Assembly: GCF_004010195.1 (NCBI RefSeq)
Contig: NC_057718.1
Location: 50,588,747 to 50,652,746 of the forward strand
Direction of reading: 5' to 3'
DNA from: Chiloscyllium plagiosum
Taxonomy: Eukaryota
Length of the DNA: 64,000 nt
The notes beneath the pieces are model-generated. The model had not been told where the DNA came from and searched no databases. It saw only the letters and a list, made by a program, of their open reading frames with translations. Both the position numbers and the translations under genes were made by a program. Positions 12,911-25,735 of this stretch are shown one piece after another (the first letter of the stretch is position 1; each line of letters begins with the position of its first letter).

Positions 12911-13329
12911 CAGTTTATATTTTCAACACGTATGTGTTGATATTAGCTGATCCTACTCCCAGTTTGCTATTCATTGTAGCATTGCCTGATGTGGTCTTTA
13001 GTCTCAGTACTCATGTTTGGTCTGTAGAATACTTCTCTTACCTTTTTCAGATTGAATCAAATTCATTGTTGTCTTATGCATTTGCACTTCAATAACTCTT
13101 TTCTCTTTGCCTAAGAGATAAAAAAAACTCTATGTTCTTTATACCAGATCTCAACATGGACTATTGCTTCATTTCTATATGCCCAGTCTTATCGCAGCAT
13201 GTGAAGCCTTGTTGAGTTAAGAACATTATTCAACTATAAATTCCTGCAACACCTACTTTGTTACAGTAGTTGACTTAACTTGAACAAAGTTCTGATTCAA
13301 TGTCTGTACTGGGTTTGTGACTATCAGAG

Positions 13330-15280
13330 CATATCAGGCTGTTGCTTCTCACTGAGTAACAAAGATATCACGCTCTTTCTTAGCATTTAACATTCATTCC
13401 AGTATGTCAGCACTATACAATTGTTTCCCTCGCTTGTATGACACATCTAAATAATATCTCTACAAATGAAGTAATATTCTTTGTAGTCACTTTACAACAA
13501 ATGGAAGTGGTTTGAGGAAGATGGTTTGAAGTCGTTTATGGTTGGACTCCATTGTCACATTATCTCTCCAAAACAGATATTGCAAATATACTTACAAGCA
13601 AAGTTAATAACCAGGAACTCTTCCTTAATTTGTATGTAGAACCATTCATTTTGTGTTGATTCCTTGGATGCAAATGTGAATTATTGTCCTTGCTCCATAA
13701 TTGTTGCTCCTATTCCTGTCTTGCCAGCATCACACTGCAAGGTGAGTTTATCATTGAAGATATATGAAGACTCAGTGCTGGTGTTGTTATCACAAGCTGT
13801 TTGATTCTAGTGAAGGGTGTCTCTTGTTCTTTGCTCCAATACCACAGCACATCTTTAGCAGTGAGCTCACATGAAGATTCACAGTCTGATGATAAATCAG
13901 TCAAGGACTTTGCTACATAGTTAAATCCAACAATTAATTGCACTGCTTTCAAATCTGATGGGATGCTATATTTGTACTATGTGTTTCTAATATGTTCAGG
14001 GTCCAGACAAAGAATTTTTCTGTCAGTACCTGTCCAATGTATTTGACTTCAGGCATCTTTGTTTTGTGTTTCTGCTGTTCAGCTTCAGGTTCATCCAGCA
14101 AGTTCTCTGAAGCAATCCAACTAGATTCCAATCGTGTAATAAAACTGCGGAAGCTGAAGATCTGAAACAAAACAGAAATTGCTGGAGAAACTTAGTAGGT
14201 CTGGCAGGGTCATTGGACTTGAAACAGTAACTCTGCTTTCTCTCCACAGATGTTGCCAGATCTTCTGAGTTTCTTCAATAATTTCTGTTCTGATTCAAAT
14301 TGTCTGTGATGATTTCTTCCAGCATGTCTCCTATAGACAGATCATCCACATTAGCTTGTACTTGAAGATCACTTATAATTCCCCACTACTGATGCTTTAG
14401 CACAGCGAATGAATTGCTAAATGGGATGGGCAACCTCCAGAATGTACTTACCAAACTGCAGCTTTATTCAACTACATTTGCCAATAACCATCCTTTGCAT
14501 AAAGGCGAGCAAAGATTTTTGCCTTGGCATATTGTGACAAACTGTCTTCAGTGGTGGGCATGGGGTAGTGCAATCTTCTCAAAGCTTCAATAAGATCCTT
14601 TGGATCTATACATTCTCTCAGTCCTCCAGATATTTTTCACTAATACCACGCCACTCATCCGGTCTGTAGGAGTTGTTACTTTCTTGATTACTCCTTTCCT
14701 TTTCTACTCTTCTGACTTGTCTTTCAAGCTGGACTTGAGGGCAGCTGAAAACTTCCCTTAGAGATGATGATTTGCTCTCACATTCTAATGTAGTTCAACA
14801 TTATATTCATTAGGAAGACAAGCAACAACTATTAAAACATCCTTGGAAACTTTTAGGATCTGTTCAACAATCAGATGCCAGCATAACATTGCAAATCTCT
14901 TCTGACACATGTAGGGATCCCATTCTAACTAGACTTACGACAGGTGAGATGAGTGAATTTTGCTTAACATCTGCTATCTGCAACTCGAGAATTTCATTCT
15001 TCGGACTGTATTGAGCTCACAGATTCAATTGTCCTCTTGGGACACGTATCATTCCAACACATAACCTACATTTCCTTGAAGGCCTTCATTTTTAAATTAC
15101 CATATTGAATAATTTCCCACAGATCTGTAAAGCTCATGATGTTGCTGTAAAGCGCTGTAAGCACCTGAAACCTCCTTTTTGCTGATGCTGTCCTTCTGCC
15201 CTCATGTTCTGTCTGAAGATTGCCAACATTAGTATTTCTGCACCTGTCAATATTGTAGGGAAGTTCTAAAACTTGAAGCA
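13330..15280 (-). pseudogene. Ty3/Gypsy (Mag-like) pol remnant: RT and RNase H
   Basis: Minus strand HYPMPTTEDSLSQYAKAKIFARLYAKDGYWQM (14570-14475), NVDDL, PEVKYIGQVLT, LQCDAGKTGIGATIMEQGQ (13740-13684); many stops. Confidence 0.85.
14140..14298. mobile_element. PLE family C mini twin-arm (inverted) insertion inside Gypsy RT
   Basis: Left arm tctgaaacaaaacagaaattgctggagaaacttagtaggtctggcag is the reverse complement of right arm tgttgccagatcttctgagtttcttcaataatttctgttctgattca; left arm has tail-like ctgcggaagctgaaga. Confidence 0.7.
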
Positions 15281-15619
15281 AAAACCAATTTACACTTTGT
15301 AATCACATTCTTTGGCAAAAGTACATAATGCTAATTAAAACCTCTGCTTGTATTAATACACTTAAATGCAAAATATTTATTGAGAATTTGCCAAGTTGAA
15401 AGATGGCAAATTTCTCCCTATGTTTTCATTCTTTAAGGTATCTTGTTTTTTTTTCTGAGATGTGCCTACATAGTGATGCCAAGCTTAATTAGTCAGAGCA
15501 AATTACAAAATAAAGATTAATGGCAAAGTTTCTGGTGCAAAGAATACTAGCAAAAATTTGAAGGATCTTGTAACTGCTCTCAATTCTATCACAAATCTGC
15601 TTGCACTCTAAGGTTCCTA

Positions 15620-18404
15620 TGGATGTCCAGACCTGAGTACTATCAGCACTGGATTCACAGACCCAGGGCAGACCTACCTGCTTCCTGCATGACCCACACC
15701 CATAACCAAGATCTGACCCCTGACCCTGCAGCAACCTGATACTGACCCAGAATGGAATGGGGCCCAACAGTGACTTGTCCCCAAGGAAGCCCTACCAGCC
15801 CAGGACCTAACCCCAACCTGCTGCAACACAAGCATGAAGCGGCCCGACCAGCCGAGGCCCGGTCCCCAATCCCACTAATACTCGACCACAGGGAGGCCCA
15901 ACCTGACTGGACCTGACTCACTTACCTTCTGGAGCAGAAGACTCGAACCAGCAACCATCCAGGAGTGAAAATCCAATCGCTGCGATGCAAGGAGCCCAGA
16001 TCTGGTCAGGCTCGGACTACAATGTGCATCGGCCTGTCCTAGGGGAGGCCCAACCCAACTAGTCCCATCTCGCTGATCTCCTGAAGCAGACTCTCACCAC
16101 TGACTCCCAGCACCATTGCTCCCTGGATCTAGAATAACTTATGGTAAAATGCCGTCCTCTATTATCTGCCTCTACCATCCTGACAGCAATCTATACACCA
16201 CCCCAGGCAGATGTGAAGAATGCCCTGGATGAAATTTACACCGCCAAAAACACTGTGGAGATGAAATTGCCCGTGGTCTTATTCATCGTGGACAGTGACT
16301 TCAACCAGACCAACCTTAAGAGAGTGTTGCCAAAGTACTACATTTCTTGCCCCACTCGAGGACTGAACATCCATTGCTTCACAAAGGCACCTACTGCTGC
16401 TTCTCCTACCCACACTTTGGAAAATCAGATCACAACACTGTGTTCCTCCTCTCAGCTGGCTAACAGAAACTAAACCTGGAAGATCCTTCACGGGAAGAAA
16501 TGCATTGCTGGTCTGAGGCCACGGAAAAGCGTCTCTGTGACTGCTTGGAATCAGTGGACTGGACCATCTTCAAGCACTCAATGGAAAACCTCGATGAGTA
16601 TGCCACCATCATCATTAGTAAGTGTGTGGAGGACTGTGTGCTAAAGAAGTCAATCTGTGTGTTCCCCAACTGGAGACCTTGAATGAACCAGGAAATCCAC
16701 TGCCTAGACAAGGCCTGCAGCATTCAAGTCTGACAACTCAGACCTGTACAGAAATTCCAGTTATGACCTCCACAAAGTCATTAGAGATGCCAAGAGGCAC
16801 TACCAGACGAAGTTAGAGGCCCAAACCAACCGTACGGACCCCTTTCACCTGTGGCAAGGCCTAAACAACATAACAGGATACAAAATCAAGCAGAGTAGGG
16901 TAGTGGACAAAAACACATCCTTCTCTGATACGTTCAATGTTTTCTGTCCTCGATTCAAATGGAATGCCAGCGGTGTTGTGTCACTGACTGCCCCAGACAC
17001 ACCTGACCCCTCCATCACCGCTGCAGATGTCAGATTGCTGTTCCTGGGAATCAACCCGAGGAAAGCGACTGGACCAGTCAGAGTTCCCAGCCGTGCATTC
17101 AATCTTGTGCAGATCAACTGGTGGAGGTGTTCACTGACATTCTCACCCTCTCCCTCCTGCAAGCCGAAGTCCCCACCTGTTTCAAGAAGATCACCATCAT
17201 CCCAGTACATAAGAAAGCACATGCAACTCACCTTAATGATGATTGCCCAGTGGCTCTGACCTTCATAATCATGAAGTGTTTCAAGAGGCTGGTCATGGCC
17301 CACATCAATTCTAGCCTCCCAGCCTACCTTGAACCCCTGCATTTTTTCCTACATAATAGGTCCACAGCCTTGCAGTCATCCCTGGAACATTTGGACAACA
17401 AAGTCGCCTACATCAGACTCCTGCTCACGGACTACAGCTCTGCCTTCAACACCATAATCCCCTTCAGACTGATCTCAAACTCTGAGCTGGATCCTCAGAT
17501 TTCTGACCCATTGGCCACAATCAGTGAAGATAGACAACTGCACCTCCTCCATGGTAGCCCTCAAAAGTAGAGCCCACCTCCCTAGCCCCCACCCCACCCC
17601 ACCCCCCCCCACCCCGACCAAGGATACATTCTCAGGCCCCTACTGTACTCTCTATACACCCACAACTGTGTTGCCAAATTCCGAATGAACGCCATCACAA
17701 CTTTGCTGATGATACCACCATGGTAGGATGGACAAGTCAGCATACAGAAAGGAGGTAGAGTGCTTGGTGATGTGATGCAACAAAAGTGATCTTCCACTTT
17801 GGACTTCCCACTTTGATGTGATGGTAAAGAAGGCACAACAATACCTCTTCTTTCTCAGACAGCTTAGGAAATTCAGCATGTCCATAAGGACCCTCACCAA
17901 CCTCTTCAGATGTATCATAGATAGCATACTGTCCAAGTGCATAATGGGCTGGTATGCACTACTCTGCCCAGGACCATAGGAAACTACAGAAGGATAAGTG
18001 CACTTCCCAGACCATCATGGAAGCCAACCTCTCATCCAAGATCCCCATTTACACTTCTTGTTGCTGCAGAAAGGCTGCCAACTTTATTAAAGACCCATCC
18101 CATCCTGGTAATGCTCTCCGACAACTCTTCCATCAGGCAGAAGATACAGAAGCTTGAACACACTCACCAACAGATTCAAGAACAGCTTCTTCCCTGCCAT
18201 TATTAGACTGATGAATGGACTTTCTAACTTCAAATAATGTTGATTTTGCTTCGTGCATCTGCTGTGCTGTGTAACCTGTATGCCTCACTCTGTCTGAGCA
18301 CCCTATGATCTGCTTTCAATGATCTGCCTGTACTGCTTGCTAACAAAATTTTTCACTGTACTTAGAAACACATAACGACAATATATCAAATCAAATTAAA
18401 TCAA
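15620..18404 (+). mobile_element. Rex1/Babar-type non-LTR retrotransposon, decayed (APE + RT)
   Basis: ORF 16141-16473 (TAIYTPPQAD...DFNQTNLK), ORF 17121-17570 (VFTDILTLSL..VPTCFKK.TIIPV.KK...PVALT...DYSSAFNTIIP); tttcactgta...(aaatc)n tail; 5' boundary uncertain. Confidence 0.88.
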
Positions 18405-19361
18405 CAGAAGATTCAACTTAATCTAGACCACTTCTGTGGTAACCTAAGAATATAATTAGAAATGCACTCATATTCTGCGTGATATTGTTCAGGTCAAATG
18501 TTGATGATGCACTTTACTAAACACGTGTAACACAATATAAAATTGCAAATAGAAATTATCTCCATTGTGGCTTACTAACATTGGATCAAAAATAAGACCA
18601 TAAATTATCTTCAGCCTCAATGGATCTAAGGCCCTCTATCTCAGTGCTCCAGAATACTCCTCCCAGAGGTCATTTTTCAACCATAGTGTATATTGTAGTC
18701 ATGTGTTTATAAGTTACAGCCCTATAGCCATGCCCCGTGCCCCAAAACCTCTAGGGTTTAAACAGTGCCATTGTAGGAATAAAAAATCAGGTCAAAACCA
18801 GTTTTGCTGCAATTCTGGCACTTCAACAGTCAGCACACATTTGTATGTTTGGATCTTTTTGTCTGCATGCTTTAACATCACACTGAGTAGCATTTTTATC
18901 TATCATGCCCATCAGGAGGTAAGTGGTACTGTATGATGAGAGGAACAGAATAAGTTGATTGGTATATTATTTGCTTTTTTTATCTTTGCTAAGTGGAACA
19001 CTTACAAGATTGCAACATATACTTGGCACTTGTCGGACAGCAATACTTCACACTTTGAGATCCACAACAGGTGATGGATTGGAAATAAGAATTTACCATG
19101 AGTGGGGCAATGGAGTTGAGCAAGCCCATTTTGACATTATCTGATGGATGTAGGTGTGTTGGGATCACAGTGGACTTCTTGTGATTTTGTATTTTGAACA
19201 CGACTGCATTGTTTGTCATCAGAAATGATACAGCAGTAGAAAGTCAGCCGAGAAATCTGTAGCATGTGCAGAAACACAAGCTGCAACACAGACTAAATCA
19301 GTACTCTAAGATAGTTAGTATTAAAATATGTCACAAATAGAGCTGAATTTTAGTGACAATA

Positions 19362-19572
19362 CAGGTAGCCCCACTACCCAAAAGTAGTGTGTTCCCAGGA
19401 AACCTTTCATAAGCTGAAAATTGCAAAGATGTATGACTTTTATGGGAAAGAGTATTGCCATTTTTCATAAAAGCAAAAATCCTCTTCAGATTCACAAAAA
19501 CAGGTAGTAATGTAGGAATTGCGTAAACGCAAAATTGCATAAAGTGAACGTTCGATAAGTGGGAGAGACCTG
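19362..19572. mobile_element. Short Tigger-like MITE
   Basis: TA|CAGGTagCCCCACT...AGTGGGagagACCTG|TA imperfect TIRs with TA flanks. Confidence 0.45.
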
Positions 19573-19968
19573 TACTGAAATTGTCTACTTTTCACAATAG
19601 CAATCCATCCCCACCAACCAGTAGAGTATTACCGCCTTCTTCCTTACACTGAAATCAAAAACTGGAATTAATTTAACTTAAATTTAATTTAAGTTAAAAA
19701 CTATATCCCTTAGTAAATTGATGTCTGAGAAACAAAGCTATGCTGATAGCAAAATTACTGTCACTGGAGTATTACTAGCAGGGTATGATAAGATTAATGT
19801 AAATCATGATGATACAACCAATCACAAGACTGCCATCAATAAGAAAGAAGTCACCCCTTTAAAATGCATATGAAGAGTGAAGTCATAGACAGTGCACTAC
19901 ATATCTATTTGATACGCCACTGTCTACAGATAAATTAAGGAATGGAGCAGCACATCGAGCATCGAAAA

Positions 19969-20685
19969 TGTGATATACTATGGCTTTAACAGGTGTACTT
20001 TGTCTAGTTTTTTCTCATGAAGAAAGGTTGAAACAGAGATGCAGAGCAGTCTGCTCGAAAGACAATAAATTAAACAGCTTGTGAGGCTTTTTTTTAAAGG
20101 AAATGTTGGAACAATAGAAGCAGACTGAATGGTGGGGTCAACACCCACAGAATCAGGATTTTTTTTTCAGTTTTAGCCTTTAGTAGTGGTTGCTGGGGTC
20201 TTGAATCTGGATATGGAAGTTCTTTATTCCCACTCTCTGTTACAACTAAAAGTTGGGATTCTCTTCCTGCTGGAAGACATGCATGTGAGAAAATCTATTT
20301 TACTGAATTTGACTTTGCCAAGGGGTGTGTCTATGGGATGTTAATACATTGGAACAGTTAAGCATTTTAAGAGGGTTAACATTAAACTAATTCTTTTATT
20401 TTATTTTTATTTTCTCCGTATTTTACAGTATATAAATGAAGTGTGTTTCAAAAATATGGTGCTGGAAAAACACAGCAGGCCAGACAGCTGCCACATTTTT
20501 CAACTCTGGTACTCCAGCATCTGCAGTCCTCACTTTCTCCTAGTGTTTCATTTCAAACCTGGTAGTTTAACAAATCAAATTGTATCAGGAACACATGCTT
20601 TACACTTATCGATAAAATAAGGAAATGTTAGGGTCTAGACTATCTTCTTAATATACTTTGAAGGGGTTTGGTCTGGTCCATAACA
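19969..20685. mobile_element. Probable solo LTR
   Basis: TGTGAT...ATAACA termini, same terminal style as the solo LTR at 62594-63592 (TGTTAT...ATCACA); 4-bp flanks aaaa/aaca imperfect. Confidence 0.5.
20451..20542. mobile_element. PLE family A-like mini twin-arm insertion with 8-bp TSD
   Basis: Minus arm aaaatatggtgctggaaaaacacagcagg + plus arm ccacatttttcaactctggtactccagcatctgcagtcctcactttctcc; TSD gtgtttca at 20443-20450 and 20543-20550. Confidence 0.8.
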
Positions 20686-20839
20686 AACAGACCAAAAGAT
20701 TAGAAACAATCAGCCTGAAGGACAGTATATATGCGGAACTTACATCCTCAGATATTTAAGACCAGTCTCTGCAGGCAGCAATATTGACCTAAGACACAAG
20801 TTTAAAAGGATAATTTTGCTATAATTCTACTGGACCACA

Positions 20840-21035
20840 GTGTTGCTCCATGATTACAAAGTGAAATGAAGTGTGGTTCTAACCTGATGATCATCACATC
20901 TCAAGTGAAGGGAAGTGGTTGAGAAGGGGATTCTGTCATGGCAACCTCAGCTGGTGTGTGGACCTGATCCCGGGCTGTTGGTATCATTCTGTATTACAAA
21001 ACAGCTGTCCAGCCATCTGAGCTAACCGAGCCCCC
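20840..21035 (-). mobile_element. tRNA-derived SINE (not HE1)
   Basis: Minus strand starts ggggctcggttagctcagatggctggacagc (A box) ... gggatcaggtcc (degenerate B box). Confidence 0.65.
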
Positions 21036-21329
21036 AACCAGCTAAAGCAGCCAACATGAATGTTAATCTTGAAGTCAAATAGCATTCAATAAAAATTCAC
21101 GTCCTACCTCAACCTAGCTCAAGCTGTTTGAGAAAGGATACTACCTGTAATGATCCACATATTTGAGCTGGGTATTGAAATCTCCTTCCTCTCTGATTTG
21201 GGCTTGAACTCTTTCATGAAGGTGGGTCTCACAGGTAAGGGCCAATTTCCTCCTGGTCCTTTTGGGTTATGACACAATCTTCTGTCATGGGTCTCGTTGT
21301 GAATCCTCATTCGTGAATTGTTTCTGTGT

Positions 21330-22150
21330 GTTTTTATCCCCCTGGATTTTCCTTTCTTTGACCAATGGAGTCATAGGTGAGTTTCAAATCATCCAATGAA
21401 ATTACAACAACACTCTTCACTCTTGTAGTCCTGGGGAGGTGTAAAGTGCACATTTTCAGGCACTAGCTGGAAGTCAAGATGCCAGAAAGTCTGATCGATT
21501 TCTCTCCAACAGGCAGCCCTCAGGCTGGTTATAACTGGTTCCTCTGAATCTTTGTAACCTCTTTGATTTCAGTTTCCACTGTTTTCTGTAGCCAATAGCT
21601 GCTGACTACTGTTTAATTTAGTTTGGTTAATTTTCTGTCAGGCCCAATTTCTCCAGCTGTGGGTCAATTTAGAATGTCTGATTTTGGGCCCATGATCACT
21701 TAACCACAAGCTGAAAGGAATTTTTGCCTCCTGCGCGAGTCTAAAGGAGCACAATTAACTCCCTTTGTCACTATAAAGAGCTTCTGTCCATCTGATTTCT
21801 TTGCAGTGCAGATGTTAACCTGGCAAATGTTATCCATGTCAGCTTTGGTAGCCACAGGCAGTGCCATTCTTATCTTCCTCTAAACTTGTAGGTCTGCTCA
21901 CAAGAAATTATAGGGGCCTGTAAGCTTCTCCCTCACAAACTGTAGATGATGCCCAATCTGCTGCTGACTGAGATGGAAGAGAAGTACTGCGAGAAGACAC
22001 AGTGTGTGTAAGATTTGTGACCGAGGGTCCTTTCCCACACCTCCGCTTCCTCCTCCTCCTCCCATATGAGCAGCTTGTCAACTTCTCTGCTGTGTGTTTC
22101 TCTCCCCTGCTTCTGCCCCAGGCAGTTTGCTTCAGTAACACTGAATAACA
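21330..22150 (-). pseudogene. Harbinger (HARBI1-like) transposase fossil
   Basis: Minus strand SYTHCVFSQYFS / HLQFVREKLTGPYNFL / ADLQ...RMALPVATK / TEALY / FWHLD...FTP match Harbinger motifs RVFR..FS, RLRF.KE.V..LC.LL, TALPVAVK, TEALY, RFRCLD...YSP in order. Confidence 0.65.
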
Positions 22151-24412
22151 AAGAATAACTGGTCTGATGAGATCCATTGAAATCATAATGAAGGTCACGT
22201 CCTTTTCTGTCACAAGTTCCCAGAGCTTTTAAAATCTTTGAGAAAGATAAGGTTGAGAGTTTCCAATGACACCATAAATGGGAGTTGCACATGGTGACCT
22301 CTGTGGTATCACCAATGAAGCAGACTGTGAGAGAATTGCCAGGAAATTAAAAATTCTGCTGGGCAATTCCCTGGCACTAGGACCTCTCCAAAAGGAACTA
22401 TTTAAGTTGAAGAATTTGGTGAGTTCTGCTGTTGTTAAATGTATGACTATTCAGAAGAAATAAGACTATTAAAAACTTGTGTAACTTCTGAGTCAATATT
22501 AAACTAACCCCCACCCCCTGTCATTATTACTCACCCAGAAACCCAGACCCTGACCCTAAACCTTATCTATGTCCTGCTAACAGTCCAACACTACCCTCAA
22601 CCACTGCATTTCCCAGAACCAAAGCTCCTACTCATGCCATCAGTCCTAACTCACCCCTCTCCCGTTGCTGGACCCATTATCACCACACCCCACTCCCCCA
22701 TAAACAGATACACCCCTTCCCCTGACACAGTTCTGGCCTTCAGGAGTCAATGCATCCCCACATACCCATCCAGACCAGATACCACCATCTCATCACCAGA
22801 CACAATAACTCCCACCCAATTCGATCTACTCTGAACATCTGTCATTGACCTGGTCCTTTTGCCACTTTGAACCCTGGCACTCCACCAAGGTACTGCCATA
22901 CCCTTACCAATCTGGCAGAAAAGTTATCTGGTTCCTTACATCCCCCATGCCCCACCCATTGGCATTCCACCCTTCTGGCACATGAATATGTGTTATCTTA
23001 CATACCTAGCTTTTCACAGGAACTGTTAAAGGACCTGCCTCTGATGCTGAATCTTTTAAATCAGAGAATACAGTAACTGATGTCTGTGGAAAAGGAGCAT
23101 GGTTTCCCATACCCAGCTGCTGTGCACTGTGAGGGACAATAAAGTACCACACTGCATTTCTGATGAAGACCTGATCATAGTCTCCTGTCCAAAATGTGCA
23201 GCTCATTTTTTGCCTAAAAAAGGAGAGAGGCAATCTGCATGTGATTGCAACTCCTTGAAAAATCAAATTCCTGGTACTTTTGCACCATAAATCAAGCCAG
23301 TAAAAATTAAACCACACTGGTGTGTAATTTGTTGATGATCCCTTTCAACAGCTCTGGTGAATGGGTTCTTCCTGTTATTTAAATGCATGTTTACCTATCT
23401 GTGTTTACAAGAAGGTGCTGGCTGGAGTGATCAGGCCAATAGTGGCCAAACTGTCACCCACTGCCAATCCATTGTTACACGTAGGCTGGCGTCACATTCT
23501 GTCTACACTGCAAACTCATGGTTCACACTCCAAACTACCTTGTTCACTCCCCTACCATGATTCCAGTTAATGCATATGTCACTCAAAGTTCGCGCTATCA
23601 GCATAGATGTCCTTTTTGTTATAATACAACATCCTTTGCAGAAAAGTTACAAGCCCTAGAGAACAGCAAGGACCTATAATCAATGCAAAATATCTTAGAC
23701 TATATGCAACAGCTATTATTTGTCATGAAACACAAGTCTCAATTACAATTACATGACCTATAATTTTAGGGAATAGTGAGGCAGTTCTGTGTGTCATGCA
23801 CAGCACTGAAAGAAACAAAATTATATTGCACTTTATATATTACTACATTTAAAAGTTTATGTAATGTACCTGCAACACGGACAAAACCAGCAGTTATTAC
23901 TCACCTCCTTTTGCCCTGAGGCAACAGTTGGAGGCGATTTGACATGTCAGGTCCTTCCATCCACAAAGCAGCAATTGACCTCATGTTTTTACCCCACCTT
24001 TACTCCTTTCCAGATTTCAAATACTTCAAGTCAGATCTCATCTTAGCCTTCCCAGTCGAAAGAAAAGAGTCCCATTTTTTCCAGTCTCTCTACATAATTC
24101 AAATTTCTCATCCTTGGAATCATTCTCATGAATCTTTTCAGCACTCTCTCTAATGCTTTCATATCCACTCTAAAAAAACAACACCTATTGCACACATTAC
24201 ATCAGCAGAAGCCAAGCCAATATTTGTACAAGTTTCCTTTTGTATTCTACGCTCCTACCATTAAAGCCCAGTTTTAATAACATTTCAAAGAACAAGTTGA
24301 CACTTCCATAATTTGGGCTGCATTTGCTGCTGTGCACCACCTTAAATTGCACATGCCCAGATTTTGGGAAGTCACGGTCAGGGAAGGGACAGATTGGATC
24401 TGGGCTGCAGGG

Positions 24413-24413
<1 letters not shown>

Positions 24414-24451
<38 letters not shown>
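24414..24451 (+). repeat. Poly-G tract (38 nt)
   Basis: Direct reading. Confidence 0.95.
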
Positions 24452-24452
<1 letters not shown>

Positions 24453-24482
24453 GGCAGTAATCAGGATGGTGTGTGTGTGTGA

Positions 24483-24772
24483 GGGCGGCACAGTGGCCCA
24501 GTGGTTAGCACTACTGCCTCACAGCACTAGGGTCATAGGTTCAATTCCAGCCTCAGGTGACTGTTTGTGTAGACATTCTCCCCCTGTCTGCGTGGGTTTC
24601 CTCCGGGTGTTCCGGTTTCCTCCCACAGTCCAAAGATGTACAGGTCAGGTGGATTGGCCACGTTAATTTGTCCATAGTGTTAAGTGCATTAGCCAGAGGG
24701 GATGGGTTACTCTTCAGAGGGTTGGTGTGGAATGGTTGGGCCAAGGACCTGTTTCCACACTGTGGGGAATCA
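24483..24772 (+). mobile_element. HE1 SINE
   Basis: gggcggcacagtggcccagtggttagcactactgcctcacagc...cctgtttccacactgtggggaatc followed by (aat)n. Confidence 0.9.
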
Positions 24773-24958
24773 TAATAATAATAATAATAAAGATCAAGAA
24801 AGAAGAAGCAGGGAAAATATATGGGGGCTGGAAAGTGGGGAGGTCAGGAAGAGCTAGAAAAAAGGTAGTGGTGGAAAGCAGAACCTGAGGGGACTGCAAC
24901 AAAAAAAAATTGCTGGAAAAACTCAATAGGTCTGGCAGCATCTGTGGAAAGAAATCAA

Positions 24959-24995
24959 AGTTAACATTTCGGATCGGGTTACCCTTTTCAGAACT
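24959..24995 (-). ncRNA. Hammerhead motif, mutated core (PLE family C)
   Basis: agtt CTGAAAA GGGT aacccg ATCC GAAA tg TT aact; perfect 4-bp stem I, core altered. Confidence 0.5.
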
Positions 24996-25465
24996 GGTAT
25001 AGCTAGGAAAAGAATAGTTTTTAATGTAGAAGGGATGGGGGTAGGGGTGAACAAAAAGTGGAGATCAAGCACAAAGAGAGAGAGAGAGAGAGAGAAATAC
25101 ATTTGGATAGACAAAGGAGTGGATAAAGACAAGCCGGGATAATGAATAGCTGCTGATGGGGAACTTTTAGTATCTGACAATGGGTTCTGTATGATAGCAG
25201 CCCATGAGATAACAAGGCCTGGTGTGGGGAAGTGGGAAAAAGCAGGGGAAAGTGCTCAAGCCCTGAAATTGTTGAACTTGATATTGAGTCCAGAAGGCCG
25301 TAGAGTACACAAGCAGAAAATGAGGTGCTGTTATTCTAGCTTGTGCTGAGCTTCACTGGAGCACTGCAGCAAGCCTGAGACAGAGATGTTGGCCAGGGAA
25401 CAGGGTGGTGTATTGAAGTGGCAGGCAACTGGAAGCTCAGGGTATTTTATGCAGACAGAATGTAA

Positions 25466-25735
25466 GTGATTTGATTTGATTTGATTTGTTGTAACCACAT
25501 GTTCCTAAGTACAGCGCAAAGCTTTGCTTTGCGAGCAGTACAGGCAGATCATAGCAAATAAGGATATAGAGATTAAAGGGTGTTTAGACAGAGTGAGGCA
25601 TACGGGTTACAACTGCACAAAGCAAGATCAATGTTATTTGAAGTTAAAGAGATCCATTTCTGCAGTCTAAGAACTGTTGGTGTATGTGTTCAAGCTTCGC
25701 TATCTTTTGCTAAATGGAAGAGGTTGTAAGAGACC
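25466..25735 (-). mobile_element. Rex1/Babar 3' fragment inserted in PLE
   Basis: (gattt)n tail and reverse-complement match to 18125-18400. Confidence 0.85.
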
